This document shows, piece after piece, positions 21,830 to 31,439 of a stretch of 64,000 nt of DNA (its first letter is position 1; each line of letters starts with the position of its first letter). Under the pieces are notes generated by a model. The model saw nothing but the letters and a program-made list of their open reading frames with translations. It was not told the origin of the DNA and did no database searches. The stretch is taken from the NCBI GenBank assembly GCA_035559675.1, contig DATMAZ010000224.1, positions 670 to 64,669 of the forward strand, written 5' to 3'. The position numbers were made by a program, and so were the translations under genes. This stretch comes from Candidatus Limnocylindria bacterium (lineage in GTDB: Bacteria > Desulfobacterota > Binatia > DP-6).

Positions 21830-23353
21830 CTACGCCGCGTCGGGCTGCGCCGTGGCGAGCCGCCGCTCGATCGGCCGCACCAGCAGCGCCAGCCCCACGC
21901 CCGCCGCGAGCGCGATCAGCGTCACGGCGCCGAAGAGGCTCGGCAGCGAGAGCGCCTCGTAGAGCCCGGCCACACGCCCGCCGAGGTAGTTGCCGACGGC
22001 CGCCGCCAGGAACCAGGCGCCCATCATGAGGCCCGCCACCCGCGCCGGAGCGAGCCGGCTCATCGCGCTGAGCCCCACCGGAGAGAGGCAGAGTTCGCCG
22101 ATCGTGTGGAGCAGGTAGGCCGCCAGCAACCAGAACGGACTCACCTTGCCGTCGGCCGCCAGGTGGGCGGCGACCGCCATCACGCCGAATCCCGCAGCCG
22201 CAAACACCAGTCCGGCGGCGAACTTCGCCGGACTCGACGGATCGCGCCGCCCGAGGTGCGCCCAGAGCCAGGCGAACGCCGGAGCGAGCAGGATGATGAA
22301 CACCGGATTGGCCGACTGAAACCAGCTCGCCGGAAAGGCGCGCCCGAACAGCCGCGTCTCGGTGCTGCGCTCCGCGAAGAGATTCAGCGTGGAGCCCGCC
22401 TGCTCGAAGACCGACCAGAAGATCGCCGCCGCAAGGAAGAGCACGAGGATGGTCATGAGCCGGGCGCGCTCCTCTCGCGTCCAGCCACGCGCGCCGAGCA
22501 GCCCGGCGAAAAACGCCACGGTGACGATGAGCAGGACCACCCCGAATGCATTGCCGAGCCCCTCCGGCGTCGCCGGGACCACACCTGAGCGCACGAGCGC
22601 CGCGAGCACGGCGCCGCCGAGGCCGATGCCGGCGAGCGCCGCAACGAGCTGGCGGCGGCTCCGCACGCGCTCTGCGGCGGCGTCGGGCACGACCGGCCGG
22701 AGCCCGGCGTCGCCGAGAAGCCGCCACCCCCCGAGATACTGGACGAGACCGAAGAACATGCCGACGGCGGCGGCGCCGAAACCCCAGTGCCACGCCGCCT
22801 CGCGCCGCCAGCCGAACGACTCCAGCAGCGCGCCGAAGCCCTCGCCCTGCGCGAGCCAGCCGCAGACGAGCGGCGCGAGGAACGCCCCCAGGTTGATGCC
22901 CATGTAGAAGAGCGAGAACCCGGCGTCACGCCGGGCGTCGTCGGGCGCGTAGAGCGCCCCGACCATGGCGCTCACGTTCGGCTTGAGCAGCCCCGTGCCC
23001 GCCACGATGCAGCCGAGCCCGACATAGAAGCTCGCGAGCGACGGCACGGCGAGGCAGACGTGCCCGAGCATGATCACCCCGCCGCCGTACAGCACCGCCC
23101 GGCGCTGGCCGAGAAAGCGGTCGGCGAGCCAGCCGCCCGGCAGCGCGGCCAGATAGACCAGCGCCGTGTAGGTACCGTAGATCACGCCCGCGCGCGCCGC
23201 ATCGAAGCCGAGCCCGCCGGCGGCGACCGGCGCGGTCATGAACAGGATCAGGACGGCGCGCATCCCGTAGTAGCTGAAGCGTTCCCAGAACTCGGTGAAG
23301 AAGAGCGTGGCGAGGCCACGAGGATGGCCGAAGAACGTGCGGGCGGTATCCAC
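21830..23353 (-). CDS. POT/PTR2-family proton-dependent oligopeptide transporter (MFS)
   Basis: PTR2 signature FTEFWERFSYYGMRA; 12+ TM helices. Confidence 0.85.
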   Translation of the reverse strand: MDTARTFFGHPRGLATLFFTEFWERFSYYGMRAVLILFMTAPVAAGGLGFDAARAGVIYGTYTALVYLAALPGGWLADRFLGQRRAVLYGGGVIMLGHVCLAVPSLASFYVGLGCIVAGTGLLKPNVSAMVGALYAPDDARRDAGFSLFYMGINLGAFLAPLVCGWLAQGEGFGALLESFGWRREAAWHWGFGAAAVGMFFGLVQYLGGWRLLGDAGLRPVVPDAAAERVRSRRQLVAALAGIGLGGAVLAALVRSGVVPATPEGLGNAFGVVLLIVTVAFFAGLLGARGWTREERARLMTILVLFLAAAIFWSVFEQAGSTLNLFAERSTETRLFGRAFPASWFQSANPVFIILLAPAFAWLWAHLGRRDPSSPAKFAAGLVFAAAGFGVMAVAAHLAADGKVSPFWLLAAYLLHTIGELCLSPVGLSAMSRLAPARVAGLMMGAWFLAAAVGNYLGGRVAGLYEALSLPSLFGAVTLIALAAGVGLALLVRPIERRLATAQPDAA

Positions 23354-23392
23354 TCGGCGGTCGTCAGCTCCGATGTTAGGGCGCCGAGCCGG

Positions 23393-24676
23393 TCACGGGA
23401 ACACGCCGCGCCGGCGCTTCGCCTCCTTCACCCGCGCCACGCCGCGAATGAGCGCCGCGGTGCGGAGATCGATCCGCTCCGCCTCCGCCACGTCCCACAC
23501 GGCGTGGAACGCCCGCTGCATGAGCTCGATCAGCCGCCGGTTCACCTCCTCCTCGCTCCAGAAGAACTTCTGCGCGTCCTGCACCCACTCGAAGTAGGAC
23601 ACGGTGACGCCGCCCGCGTTGGCGAGGATGTCCGGGATCACCAGCACGTCGCGCTCGCGCAGGATGGCGTCGGCGTCCAAGGTCGTCGGACCGTTCGCTC
23701 CCTCGGCGAGGATCCGGCAGCACAGCGCCGCAGCGTTGGCCGCCGTGATCTGCCCGGACACGGACGCGGGGATCAGCACGTCGCAGGGCAGCGTCAGCAG
23801 CTCCGCATTCGTAACCGCCGCCGCCTCCGGAAAACCGGTGAGGAAGCGGTTCTCGGCGACCCAGCGGTCGACCGCGCCGAGATCGAGTCCGCGCTCCGCG
23901 TAGATGCCGCCGCGCACGTCGGAAACCGCCACGACGCGCCCGCCGGCGGCGGCCGCGCAGTGCGCGGCGGCCCGGCCGACCTGCCCGTAGCCTTGGACCG
24001 CGACCCGCGCGCCCTCGAACGCCCGGCCGAGCTTGCGGTAGGCCTCGAGCACGCAGGCGACGACGCCGCGCCCCGTCGCCTCGCGCCGTCCGAGGCTGCC
24101 GCCGAGCTCGATCGGCTTTCCCGTGACCACGCCCGGCACGGTGTAGCCCCGCTGCTGCGAGTACGTGTCCATGATCCACGCCATCACCTGCTCGTCGGTG
24201 CCGAGGTCGGGGGCGGGGATGTCCCGCTCGGGGCCGATCACGTCGATGATCTCCGAGGTGTACCGCCGCGTGATCCGCTGCAGCTCGGGCGGCGTCAGCG
24301 TGTCGGGGTCGATGCGCACGCCGCCCTTGGCGCCGCCGAAGGGTAGCCCCATGATGGCGCACTTCCACGTCATCCACATGGCGAGCGCGGTCACCTCGCC
24401 CAGGTCCACGTCGAGGGCGTAGCGGATGCCGCCCTTGGTGGGCCCCATGGTGAGCAGGTGCTGCACGCGGTAGCCGAACACGGTCTCCACCGTCTCGTAG
24501 TCGTCGCGGCGAAAGGGGAACGACACCACGTACGCGCGCTGCGGCGTGCGCAGCCGCTGCCACAGATTGTCGTCGAGGCCCATGCGCTCGGCGGTGCGGT
24601 CGAGCTGCGTCACCGCCAGCCGGTACATCGGGGTATCCCACTCGAGCCTGCCGTTCACCGGCCGTCCCCCAGCCAT
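23393..24676 (-). CDS. Glu/Leu/Phe/Val-family (glutamate) dehydrogenase
   Basis: Catalytic-Lys region GGAKGG; NAD(P) Rossmann VAVQGYGQVG. The start at 24676 is a best guess. Confidence 0.8.
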   Translation of the reverse strand: MAGGRPVNGRLEWDTPMYRLAVTQLDRTAERMGLDDNLWQRLRTPQRAYVVSFPFRRDDYETVETVFGYRVQHLLTMGPTKGGIRYALDVDLGEVTALAMWMTWKCAIMGLPFGGAKGGVRIDPDTLTPPELQRITRRYTSEIIDVIGPERDIPAPDLGTDEQVMAWIMDTYSQQRGYTVPGVVTGKPIELGGSLGRREATGRGVVACVLEAYRKLGRAFEGARVAVQGYGQVGRAAAHCAAAAGGRVVAVSDVRGGIYAERGLDLGAVDRWVAENRFLTGFPEAAAVTNAELLTLPCDVLIPASVSGQITAANAAALCCRILAEGANGPTTLDADAILRERDVLVIPDILANAGGVTVSYFEWVQDAQKFFWSEEEVNRRLIELMQRAFHAVWDVAEAERIDLRTAALIRGVARVKEAKRRRGVFP

Positions 24677-25437
24677 TCCGACTCGAGGACCAGATCTGGC
24701 ACGAGCGACTGGTACTCGACGTGCGTCGGGTGCTCCGTCGTCCGCCACGTTCGGCCCTCCGCCTCGCGCATGTACGCGCGGTACGCGGGCGCGCCGGGGA
24801 AGCGCACGTTGTCGGCCACCACGATCGCGCCGGGGCGGAGCCAGCGCTGCGCGAGGATGCGCTCGAGGTCGGGGACGTAGGCGGCCTTGTCGTGGTCGAT
24901 GAACACGAAGTCGACCGCGTGCGGCCCGAACCCGTGCTCGCGCTGCAGCCGCTCGATGGTCGCACCGCCGTCGCCGAGCGTGCCGACCACTGCCGTCACG
25001 CGGTCGGCGATCCCGGCATGCTCCCAGATGCGCCGCGCGATCGCGGCGTTGGCGGCGGCGAGCTCCACGCTGACGAGCCGAGCGCTCGGCGGCATCACGC
25101 GCGCCATCCGGAGCGCGCTGTATCCGCAGTACGCCCCCAGCTCCAGCAGCAGCCGCGGCGCGCACCGCCGCACCGCCGCGTCGAGGATGAGGCCCTTCTC
25201 ATCGCCGACGTTCATCATGATGCTGCGGGTCGTGCAGAACTCGTCGATGCACCGGACGGCGTCGTCCGGATCGTCCCGCCGCGCGTTCGCCGTCACGTAC
25301 GCGGCCAGCGCCTCCTCGCGCCCGTCGCCCACCTGCCACGTGGTGAGCAGCGTCCGCGCCCCGAGCAGCATGCGCACCGTCGACCAACGCAGGAACGGGA
25401 AGCGCCGGCCGCCGATCTCGGAGAGGCGTCGCATCAC
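24655..25437 (-). CDS. Class I SAM-dependent O-methyltransferase (catechol/caffeoyl-CoA OMT-like)
   Basis: LLELGAYCGYSAL SAM-binding motif; overall OMT family_3 architecture. Confidence 0.7.
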   Translation of the reverse strand: MMRRLSEIGGRRFPFLRWSTVRMLLGARTLLTTWQVGDGREEALAAYVTANARRDDPDDAVRCIDEFCTTRSIMMNVGDEKGLILDAAVRRCAPRLLLELGAYCGYSALRMARVMPPSARLVSVELAAANAAIARRIWEHAGIADRVTAVVGTLGDGGATIERLQREHGFGPHAVDFVFIDHDKAAYVPDLERILAQRWLRPGAIVVADNVRFPGAPAYRAYMREAEGRTWRTTEHPTHVEYQSLVPDLVLESEWLGDGR

Positions 25438-25856
25438 CGGGCATCCTCCGCGACCGCGTGTGCGCGCACCGGTTGCACGAACCCCTTGAGCGCCAGCTCG
25501 TCCAGGTCGACGAAGCGGGCTTCGTCACAGAGCTCGGCGACCGACGCCGACACCAGCGTCTGGCCCGGGGCGGCGTGCATGCACAGCCGTGAGGCGAGCT
25601 GCACGGTGGAGCCGAAGAAGTCGTCGTTGCGCTCGATCGGCACGCCGGCGGCGAGGCCGATGCAATGCACCAGCTCGGCCGCCTCGGCGCTCGGCGCCGT
25701 ACACAGGCAGAAGACCTTCCCGCGCGACTCGTTCAGCCAGTACTTGACGTAGTTGACGCCGTACTGGTCCTGCACCGCCACGTCCTGTGCGTGCGCCCTG
25801 GCGATGTCCTCCGCCGTCGCGCCCGCCACGTCGTGGATGTCGATGAACACCGGCAT
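25434..25856 (-). CDS. DUF4242-like domain protein with C-terminal adenylate/guanylate-cyclase-tail-like segment
   Basis: N-terminus MPVFIDIHDV...YGVNYVKYWLNESRGKVFCL matches DUF4242. C-terminus ...FVDLDELALKGFVQPVRAHAV resembles the last strands of class III cyclase domains. Confidence 0.5.
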   Translation of the reverse strand: MPVFIDIHDVAGATAEDIARAHAQDVAVQDQYGVNYVKYWLNESRGKVFCLCTAPSAEAAELVHCIGLAAGVPIERNDDFFGSTVQLASRLCMHAAPGQTLVSASVAELCDEARFVDLDELALKGFVQPVRAHAVAEDAR

Positions 25857-25952
25857 GCGCCGGCACCATAGCGTGCGCGCGCCCTACCCGTCCACGCGGG
25901 ACGGCCCGTGGGCTGCGTCGCACGACGGGCGCAATCGTGGCAGAGAGGCGCC

Positions 25953-26450
25953 ATGCCGCTCGCCCGAGCCCGCTTCCACCCCGCACCCGCGCGTCGAGCG
26001 GCATGGTGGCGGGCGCTGCTCGTCATCGCACTGCTCGTCGGCGCCGCATCCACGGCGCGCGCCGGCGATCCGCTCGAGCAGCAGGTGCTCTCGCTCGTCA
26101 ATCGCCACCGCGCCACGCGCGGGCTCCCGGCGTTGCGCGCCGACGCCCGCATCGCGCGCGAAGCGCGGCGCCATAGCGCCGCCATGGCGAGCGGGACCGT
26201 GCCGTTCGGGCATGCGGGCTTCGCGGAGCGCGGCGCCGCGCTCCGCCGTGTGATGCCGTGCCGCTCGAGCGCCGAGAACGTCGCCTCCAGTCTCGGCTAC
26301 GACGATCCGGCCGGCGAGATGGTCCGCGGCTGGCTCGCGAGCAGCGGACATCGCAAGAACATCGAGGGGCCGTACGAGACGACGGGCGTGGGCGTGGCGC
26401 GCAGCGCCCGAGGACAGATCTACGTCACCCAGATCTTCGTCGCAGACTGA
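25953..26450 (+). CDS. CAP/SCP/PR-1-like secreted protein
   Basis: CAP motifs (HRATRGLPAL, GHAGFAERG, GHRKNI, YETTGVGV); signal peptide. Confidence 0.7.
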   Translation: MPLARARFHPAPARRAAWWRALLVIALLVGAASTARAGDPLEQQVLSLVNRHRATRGLPALRADARIAREARRHSAAMASGTVPFGHAGFAERGAALRRVMPCRSSAENVASSLGYDDPAGEMVRGWLASSGHRKNIEGPYETTGVGVARSARGQIYVTQIFVAD

Positions 26451-26953
26451 CTACTGCGCGGTCACCCGGACCTTGAACGTTCCCCCGTACGTGGCGGGCG
26501 CCTCCGCCCCGGTTCCGGGCACCGGATCCAGGGTCCCGCTGAACGTGCCGCGCGCCCACGTTCCGTCGAACGACTCGAACGTCACCTGCACACCGCTCAC
26601 CGCGAACCAGCTCTTGATGGCGAAGGTGCCGCCGACGCGCTGCTCGGTCAGCGTGCCGTTACAGTAGTTCGGGTCCGCCACCAGGGGAACGTCTCGTTCG
26701 GCAGATCGTAGGCGCAGCCGAATCCGATCGTGCGCAGGATCTTGCCTGGGCGCACGGGCTTGGTCGCGACGATGATGGTGCCGACGCCGCTCGTCGACGC
26801 CACCACGTACCGACCCTTGTACTTGTACCCCTTCCCGTCGAGCGTGACGGCCACCTTCGGCTTTTTGGCCGCCGCGGACTCGGCCGCCCCCGCCACCAGC
26901 AACATGCCCAGTGCTACCGCCAGGAGACACCGGACACTGCGCGCGTTTGTCAT
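26451..26953 (-). pseudogene. Frameshifted gene for a secreted protein (two ORF pieces joined at a G/C homopolymer near 26690-26696)
   Basis: ORF 26648-27058 (signal peptide MTNARSVRCLLAVALGMLLVAGAA...) and ORF 26451-26930 encode contiguous halves offset by 1 nt at ttcccctggtgg. Restoring one C gives ...NETFPLVADPNYCNGT... Confidence 0.5.
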
Positions 26954-27100
26954 GGGGCCCCCTACACTAGGCACCTGCCGGGTACAAACGTCCGCACCGG
27001 CGGACCCCCAGCCGACCACCGGGGCCCGCAGGATCCGTTGCAAGCGCCATATGATCAACGGTTGTCACGCGCGGACAAGCGAGGCACGCTTTCGGTGCGC

Positions 27101-28765
27101 ATGACCCCGGCCGCCTGCATCCTCTTCGCGGTGCTGCTCGTGGCGCCGCCGGCCGGCGCCACGGTGGTCGTCCCGTGGTCGGAAACCCAGATGCTGGCGC
27201 TCGCCGACGACGTCGCGACGGGCGTCGTGGAGGACGTCGAGAGCGTGATCGACGGCGAGCGCGTCGAGACGCGCGCCAGGGTGCGCGTCGCCGCCGTGCT
27301 GAAGGGACGGCACGGCATGGCGCGCATGACGCTTCGGCAGCCCGGCGGCATCGTCGGCGACCTCCACGTCGGCGTGTTCGGCACGACGCCGCTCGCCGAA
27401 GGCGATACGGTGCTGATCTTCGGCCGGCGCGACCGTAGCGGCGGGCACCGGCCGCTCGCCACCGGTCTCGGCGTCTACCGTACGACGCTCGACCCGGTTC
27501 GCGCGGCGGCCGCGTTGCGCCAGGTCGTGGCCGACCCGGTCGTGCGCACCGGCGCCTTCACGTTCCTCGGTGCTCCGCCCGCCTCCCGCTGGTTCGAGTT
27601 CGAGCGTGGCCTCGACGTCGCGATCCGAACCGCCAACGGAGACCCGAACCTCGGCCGCACTCGGAGCGACGATCTGGTGCGGCGTGCCTTCGCAGCCTGG
27701 AACAACGTGTCCGAGGCGGCGGTACGCCTCCGGCTCGGGCTCGACGCACCCGAGGGTCCATCGGTCGCCGGCGGCGTCTGCAACGGACAGAGCGTGATCC
27801 AGTTCAACGACCCCGCCGACGAGCTGCTCGACCTCACCGGCTGCTCCGGCGTGCTCGCCGTGGGCGGCTTCTGCACGTCAGCCACGGCCACGGGTCCGGG
27901 CGGCGCAACGTACCGCGTGATCACCGAGGGCGACGTGGTCCTCAACCGGCGCATCCTCGACTGTTTCTCGGAAACCGACGTCGCCGAGGTGCTCACCCAC
28001 GAGATGGGCCACGTGCTGGGCCTCGGCCATTCGTCCGAGGACCGCAGCGAGCCCAACGCCGCGCTGCGCACCGCCACGATGTACTTCCTCGCGCATCTCG
28101 ACGGCCGCGGGGCCGCCGTGCGCGCGGACGACATCGCCGGCCTCCGCGTCCTCTATGCCGACAACGACGACGACAACGATCGCATCCCGAACGACCTCGA
28201 CCTCTGCCCGGGCACACCGCCTCGCGCCGCCGTCGACCAGACGGGGTGTGCCTGCGTGGATCCGGGCCACGTTCCCTGCGCGGGCGCCGACGTCTGCCAC
28301 GCCGCCACCTGCGACCGTGCCACCGCGCAATGCGTGGTGACGCCGATCGACTGCACGGACGGCGAACCCTGCCTCACGGGAACGTGCTCGCTCGCCACCG
28401 GCTGCAGCACGGCACCCGTCATGGGCTTCGACGCCGTGGACTGTGCGCTGAAGCGCGACTTCACGGCGGACGCCTGCGCAACCGAACGCGTCCCTCGGAG
28501 ACTCCGGCGCCACCTGCTGCGCGCCCGGACGTTCGTCAGCCGCGCCTCGCGGGTCGACGGCGAGGCCCGCGAGCGGCTCCTCGAGCGGGCCGAGGTGCGG
28601 CTCACCCGCGCGCTCCGCCGAATCGACCGGGCGGCGGACCTGCGCCGCCGCCGGCCGCTCGCGGCCGACTGCGCCGAGCAGCTGCGCCTGCTGATCGGGG
28701 ATGCCCGCATGCGGGTCGACAGCCGCGGGACGGCGAGCTTGTTCGACCCGACGCCCGCGCCGTAG
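27101..28765 (+). CDS. Secreted zinc metalloprotease (metzincin/matrixin-like HEXXHXXGXXH) with C-terminal Cys-rich and Arg-rich helical module
   Basis: HEMGHVLGLGH zinc-binding motif; signal peptide; Cys-rich region CPGTPP...; C-terminal basic helical segment. Confidence 0.75.
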   Translation: MTPAACILFAVLLVAPPAGATVVVPWSETQMLALADDVATGVVEDVESVIDGERVETRARVRVAAVLKGRHGMARMTLRQPGGIVGDLHVGVFGTTPLAEGDTVLIFGRRDRSGGHRPLATGLGVYRTTLDPVRAAAALRQVVADPVVRTGAFTFLGAPPASRWFEFERGLDVAIRTANGDPNLGRTRSDDLVRRAFAAWNNVSEAAVRLRLGLDAPEGPSVAGGVCNGQSVIQFNDPADELLDLTGCSGVLAVGGFCTSATATGPGGATYRVITEGDVVLNRRILDCFSETDVAEVLTHEMGHVLGLGHSSEDRSEPNAALRTATMYFLAHLDGRGAAVRADDIAGLRVLYADNDDDNDRIPNDLDLCPGTPPRAAVDQTGCACVDPGHVPCAGADVCHAATCDRATAQCVVTPIDCTDGEPCLTGTCSLATGCSTAPVMGFDAVDCALKRDFTADACATERVPRRLRRHLLRARTFVSRASRVDGEARERLLERAEVRLTRALRRIDRAADLRRRRPLAADCAEQLRLLIGDARMRVDSRGTASLFDPTPAP

Positions 28766-28788
28766 TCGACGGGCGCTCGGTTGTGCCT

Positions 28789-28805
28789 GTCCGGTCGCAC
28801 CGGAC
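28789..28805 (+). terminator. GC-rich hairpin (7-bp stem, 3-nt loop) 24 nt after metalloprotease stop
   Basis: gtccggt-cgc-accggac; no U-tract, so intrinsic-terminator status is uncertain. Confidence 0.25.
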
Positions 28806-28965
28806 GGCATGACCGGTAGCGCCGTTTACGGGGTTCTTGCGCGGCGTCCGCCGGGCGCCGTGCAAGTCCGCGACTTCCGGCCCAGTCTTTCATGCCGGGA
28901 TTCCGGCACGTCACTTGCTGTGCGCAGGGCCGGGGCTTGCGACGTTGTTGAGGAGGGTCGTGACG

Positions 28966-29298
28966 ATGCCAGAGCAGGAGATGAACCGTGTGCAGCGCCG
29001 CCTGTGGCGGGCCTTCATGGAGACGGGGGTCGACACCTCCAAGGCGGGCGCGGTCGAGCGTCTCCATCGTCTCGTGCAGAACGAAGTCGCCACCATGTCG
29101 CCGGCGTTGCGCCACGTGATGCGGGTCGTGCTCTTCCAGCCCGGCGAGGTCGACTATCGGCAGCTCGCCCGTGAGATCGAACGCCATGAGGGCATGCACC
29201 TGAGCATGGCGTCGCTCCGCAAGCGTGTCTGGCACGCGGCGAGCCGGATCGAGCGCGCCATCCGGCACGGCATCGAGCCGGCCTGTTTTCTTCCTTGA
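28966..29298 (+). CDS. Small sigma-70 region-4-like (HTH) protein
   Basis: GGAGG RBS then ATG; ...DYRQLAREIERHEGMHLSMASLRKRVWHAASRIERAIR resembles ECF sigma region 4.2; no region 2. Confidence 0.5.
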   Translation: MPEQEMNRVQRRLWRAFMETGVDTSKAGAVERLHRLVQNEVATMSPALRHVMRVVLFQPGEVDYRQLAREIERHEGMHLSMASLRKRVWHAASRIERAIRHGIEPACFLP

Positions 29299-29329
29299 CC
29301 GCCGCCTCGCTACGGTCGTACGGTGGCTC

Positions 29330-31390
29330 ATGCGTCGCGCCGCGTGGCTGGCCGCGATCGTGGCGCTCGGCATGGCCCCGTCACCGAGCCTGGCCGGGTG
29401 CACCACCAGCGCGGAGGCGCGCGCCGTGCTCGCCGCGGCCAAGCGCGCCGCTAAGTGCAACTACCGCAAGCTGAAGAGCGGCCCCGCCGTCGAATGTCCG
29501 CTCGTGTCGCCGCCGGCGTGCGCCGGCACGCTCGTCGAGGACGCCGTGCGCCTCGCGTACGGCCCCAACGATCCACCCGCGAGCGCGGTCGACCCCACGG
29601 CCGCTCGCGACCAGCTGCGCTGCCAGCGCCAGCTCGGTCGGGCCACGGCCGTCTTCATCGGACGCAAGCTCCGGTATCTCGTCAAAGGCCTCTCGGCGGC
29701 CGAGGCAGAAGCGAAAGCGCGCAAGCAGCTCGACCGGCTGCCCGACCGCTGTCTCGTCACGGTCGTCGAGAGCAACGGTGTCGTGCTGCCGGCAGTCGGC
29801 GCGCAGGTGGCGGCCGCCGTGGGCGGTCCCGGCGACAGCGTCGATCCCGTCGCGCTGACGGACGCGCTCGTGCTGCTGCTGGAGACCTGGGTCGATCGCG
29901 TGGCACCCGTGCCGGTGCCGCCGAGGCCCAACATCGTCCTCATCCTCACCGACGATCAGCGCGCCGACACGGGCGGCGCCGACGTCATGCCGCTGCTCCA
30001 CGCCGAGCTGGTCGCCTCGGGCGTGCGCTTCCCGAACGGGTTCGCGCCGAATCCCGTCTGCTGTCCGAGCCGCGCGAGCATCCTGTCGGGCCAGTACTCG
30101 CACACCAACGGCGTGCTCCAGAACCGGGTCGGCGATCCGCTCGATCCGACGGGGAGCGCCTTCGCCTTCGCCGATGACTCGACGCTGGCCACCTGGCTGC
30201 AGGACGCCGGCTACCGCACGGGCCTCTTCGGCAAGTACCTGAACGGCTATCGCGAACTCACGGACGAGTACGCCGCCACCCATGGCGGCGTGCACTACGT
30301 GCCGCCCGGCTGGGACCGCTGGTACGCCATCTATCGTGGCGGCGGCGGCCAGTACGGGGTGCGGTTCATCGACGAGACGGGCGTCGAGATCGATTCCGAT
30401 CCCGGCACGTGCATCAACCCGGGCCCGGGTGAGCAGTGCGCGGCGGTCCAGGCGCCCAACTGCCCGCACTCGACCGATCATCTGCGCGACAAGGCGCTCG
30501 CCTTCATCGACGAGGCCGTGGGTCTCGGCCAGCCGTTCTTCCTCTACTTCTCGACGCAGTCGCCGCACGGCCCCGCCTGTCCGGCGATTCGCCACCGCGG
30601 GCTTTTCGCCGGCATCGCGCCCCACCGCCCCCCGAACTACAACGAGGGCGAGCCGGGCTGGGACGACGACGCCGACAAGCCCGGCTGGGTGCAGCAGCAG
30701 GGCCCCATCGACGCGGCGTTCCTGGACGACTTCCGCATCCGCCAGCTCGAATCCTTGCAGAGCGTCGACGAAGCCATCCAGGCCATCATGCAGCGGCTGC
30801 GCGAGACGGGGCAGGACCGCGACACGATCGTCGTCTTCTATGGCGACAACGGCTTCCTCTGGGGCGAGCACCGGCGCGATGCCAAGTCGTGCCCCTACGA
30901 GGAGTGCCTGAAGGTGCCCTTCGTCGTGCGCTACCCGCGGCTGGCACCGCTGCCGCGCATCGAGCCCGGGTTCGTCGCCAACATCGATCTCGCACCCACC
31001 TTCGCCGCGCTTGCGGGGCTCGATCCCGCGCTGCTCACGCCGCCCGTCGACGGCGCCGACATGACCCGGCTCCTCGACGGCACCGCGCCCGCCTGGCGCA
31101 CCGACATCCTGGGCGAGCACTGGGGTACAGCGCCGCAGCCGGGTGACACGACGCCGCCCATCCCGACCTTCGCGCTGGTGCGCGGGCCGCAATGGAAGTA
31201 CGTCGAGTACTGCACCGGGGAGACGGAGCTGTACGACCTCACGACCGACCCCTACGAGCTGGAAAACGTGGCCTCGGCGAATCCGGCCGTGACGAGCATG
31301 CTGGCCGTGCGGCTGCGCGAGCTCGATCCGCCCTGGCCGGCGACCCTGCCCTTTCCGTGCGGCGTGACCGACGACGATCCGGACGAATGA
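29330..31390 (+). CDS. Sulfatase (formylglycine-dependent) with N-terminal lipoprotein/Cys-Arg-rich module
   Basis: Sulfatase signature CCPSRASILSGQY and GKYLNG; lipobox SLAGC. The ~200-aa N-terminal extension resembles the C-termini of the 27101 and 42933 proteins. Confidence 0.8.
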   Translation: MRRAAWLAAIVALGMAPSPSLAGCTTSAEARAVLAAAKRAAKCNYRKLKSGPAVECPLVSPPACAGTLVEDAVRLAYGPNDPPASAVDPTAARDQLRCQRQLGRATAVFIGRKLRYLVKGLSAAEAEAKARKQLDRLPDRCLVTVVESNGVVLPAVGAQVAAAVGGPGDSVDPVALTDALVLLLETWVDRVAPVPVPPRPNIVLILTDDQRADTGGADVMPLLHAELVASGVRFPNGFAPNPVCCPSRASILSGQYSHTNGVLQNRVGDPLDPTGSAFAFADDSTLATWLQDAGYRTGLFGKYLNGYRELTDEYAATHGGVHYVPPGWDRWYAIYRGGGGQYGVRFIDETGVEIDSDPGTCINPGPGEQCAAVQAPNCPHSTDHLRDKALAFIDEAVGLGQPFFLYFSTQSPHGPACPAIRHRGLFAGIAPHRPPNYNEGEPGWDDDADKPGWVQQQGPIDAAFLDDFRIRQLESLQSVDEAIQAIMQRLRETGQDRDTIVVFYGDNGFLWGEHRRDAKSCPYEECLKVPFVVRYPRLAPLPRIEPGFVANIDLAPTFAALAGLDPALLTPPVDGADMTRLLDGTAPAWRTDILGEHWGTAPQPGDTTPPIPTFALVRGPQWKYVEYCTGETELYDLTTDPYELENVASANPAVTSMLAVRLRELDPPWPATLPFPCGVTDDDPDE

Positions 31391-31439
31391 TCGCTGCTCA
31401 GTGGCGTCCGGCACCGAGCAGCCGCGCGTCAGCGGATGC

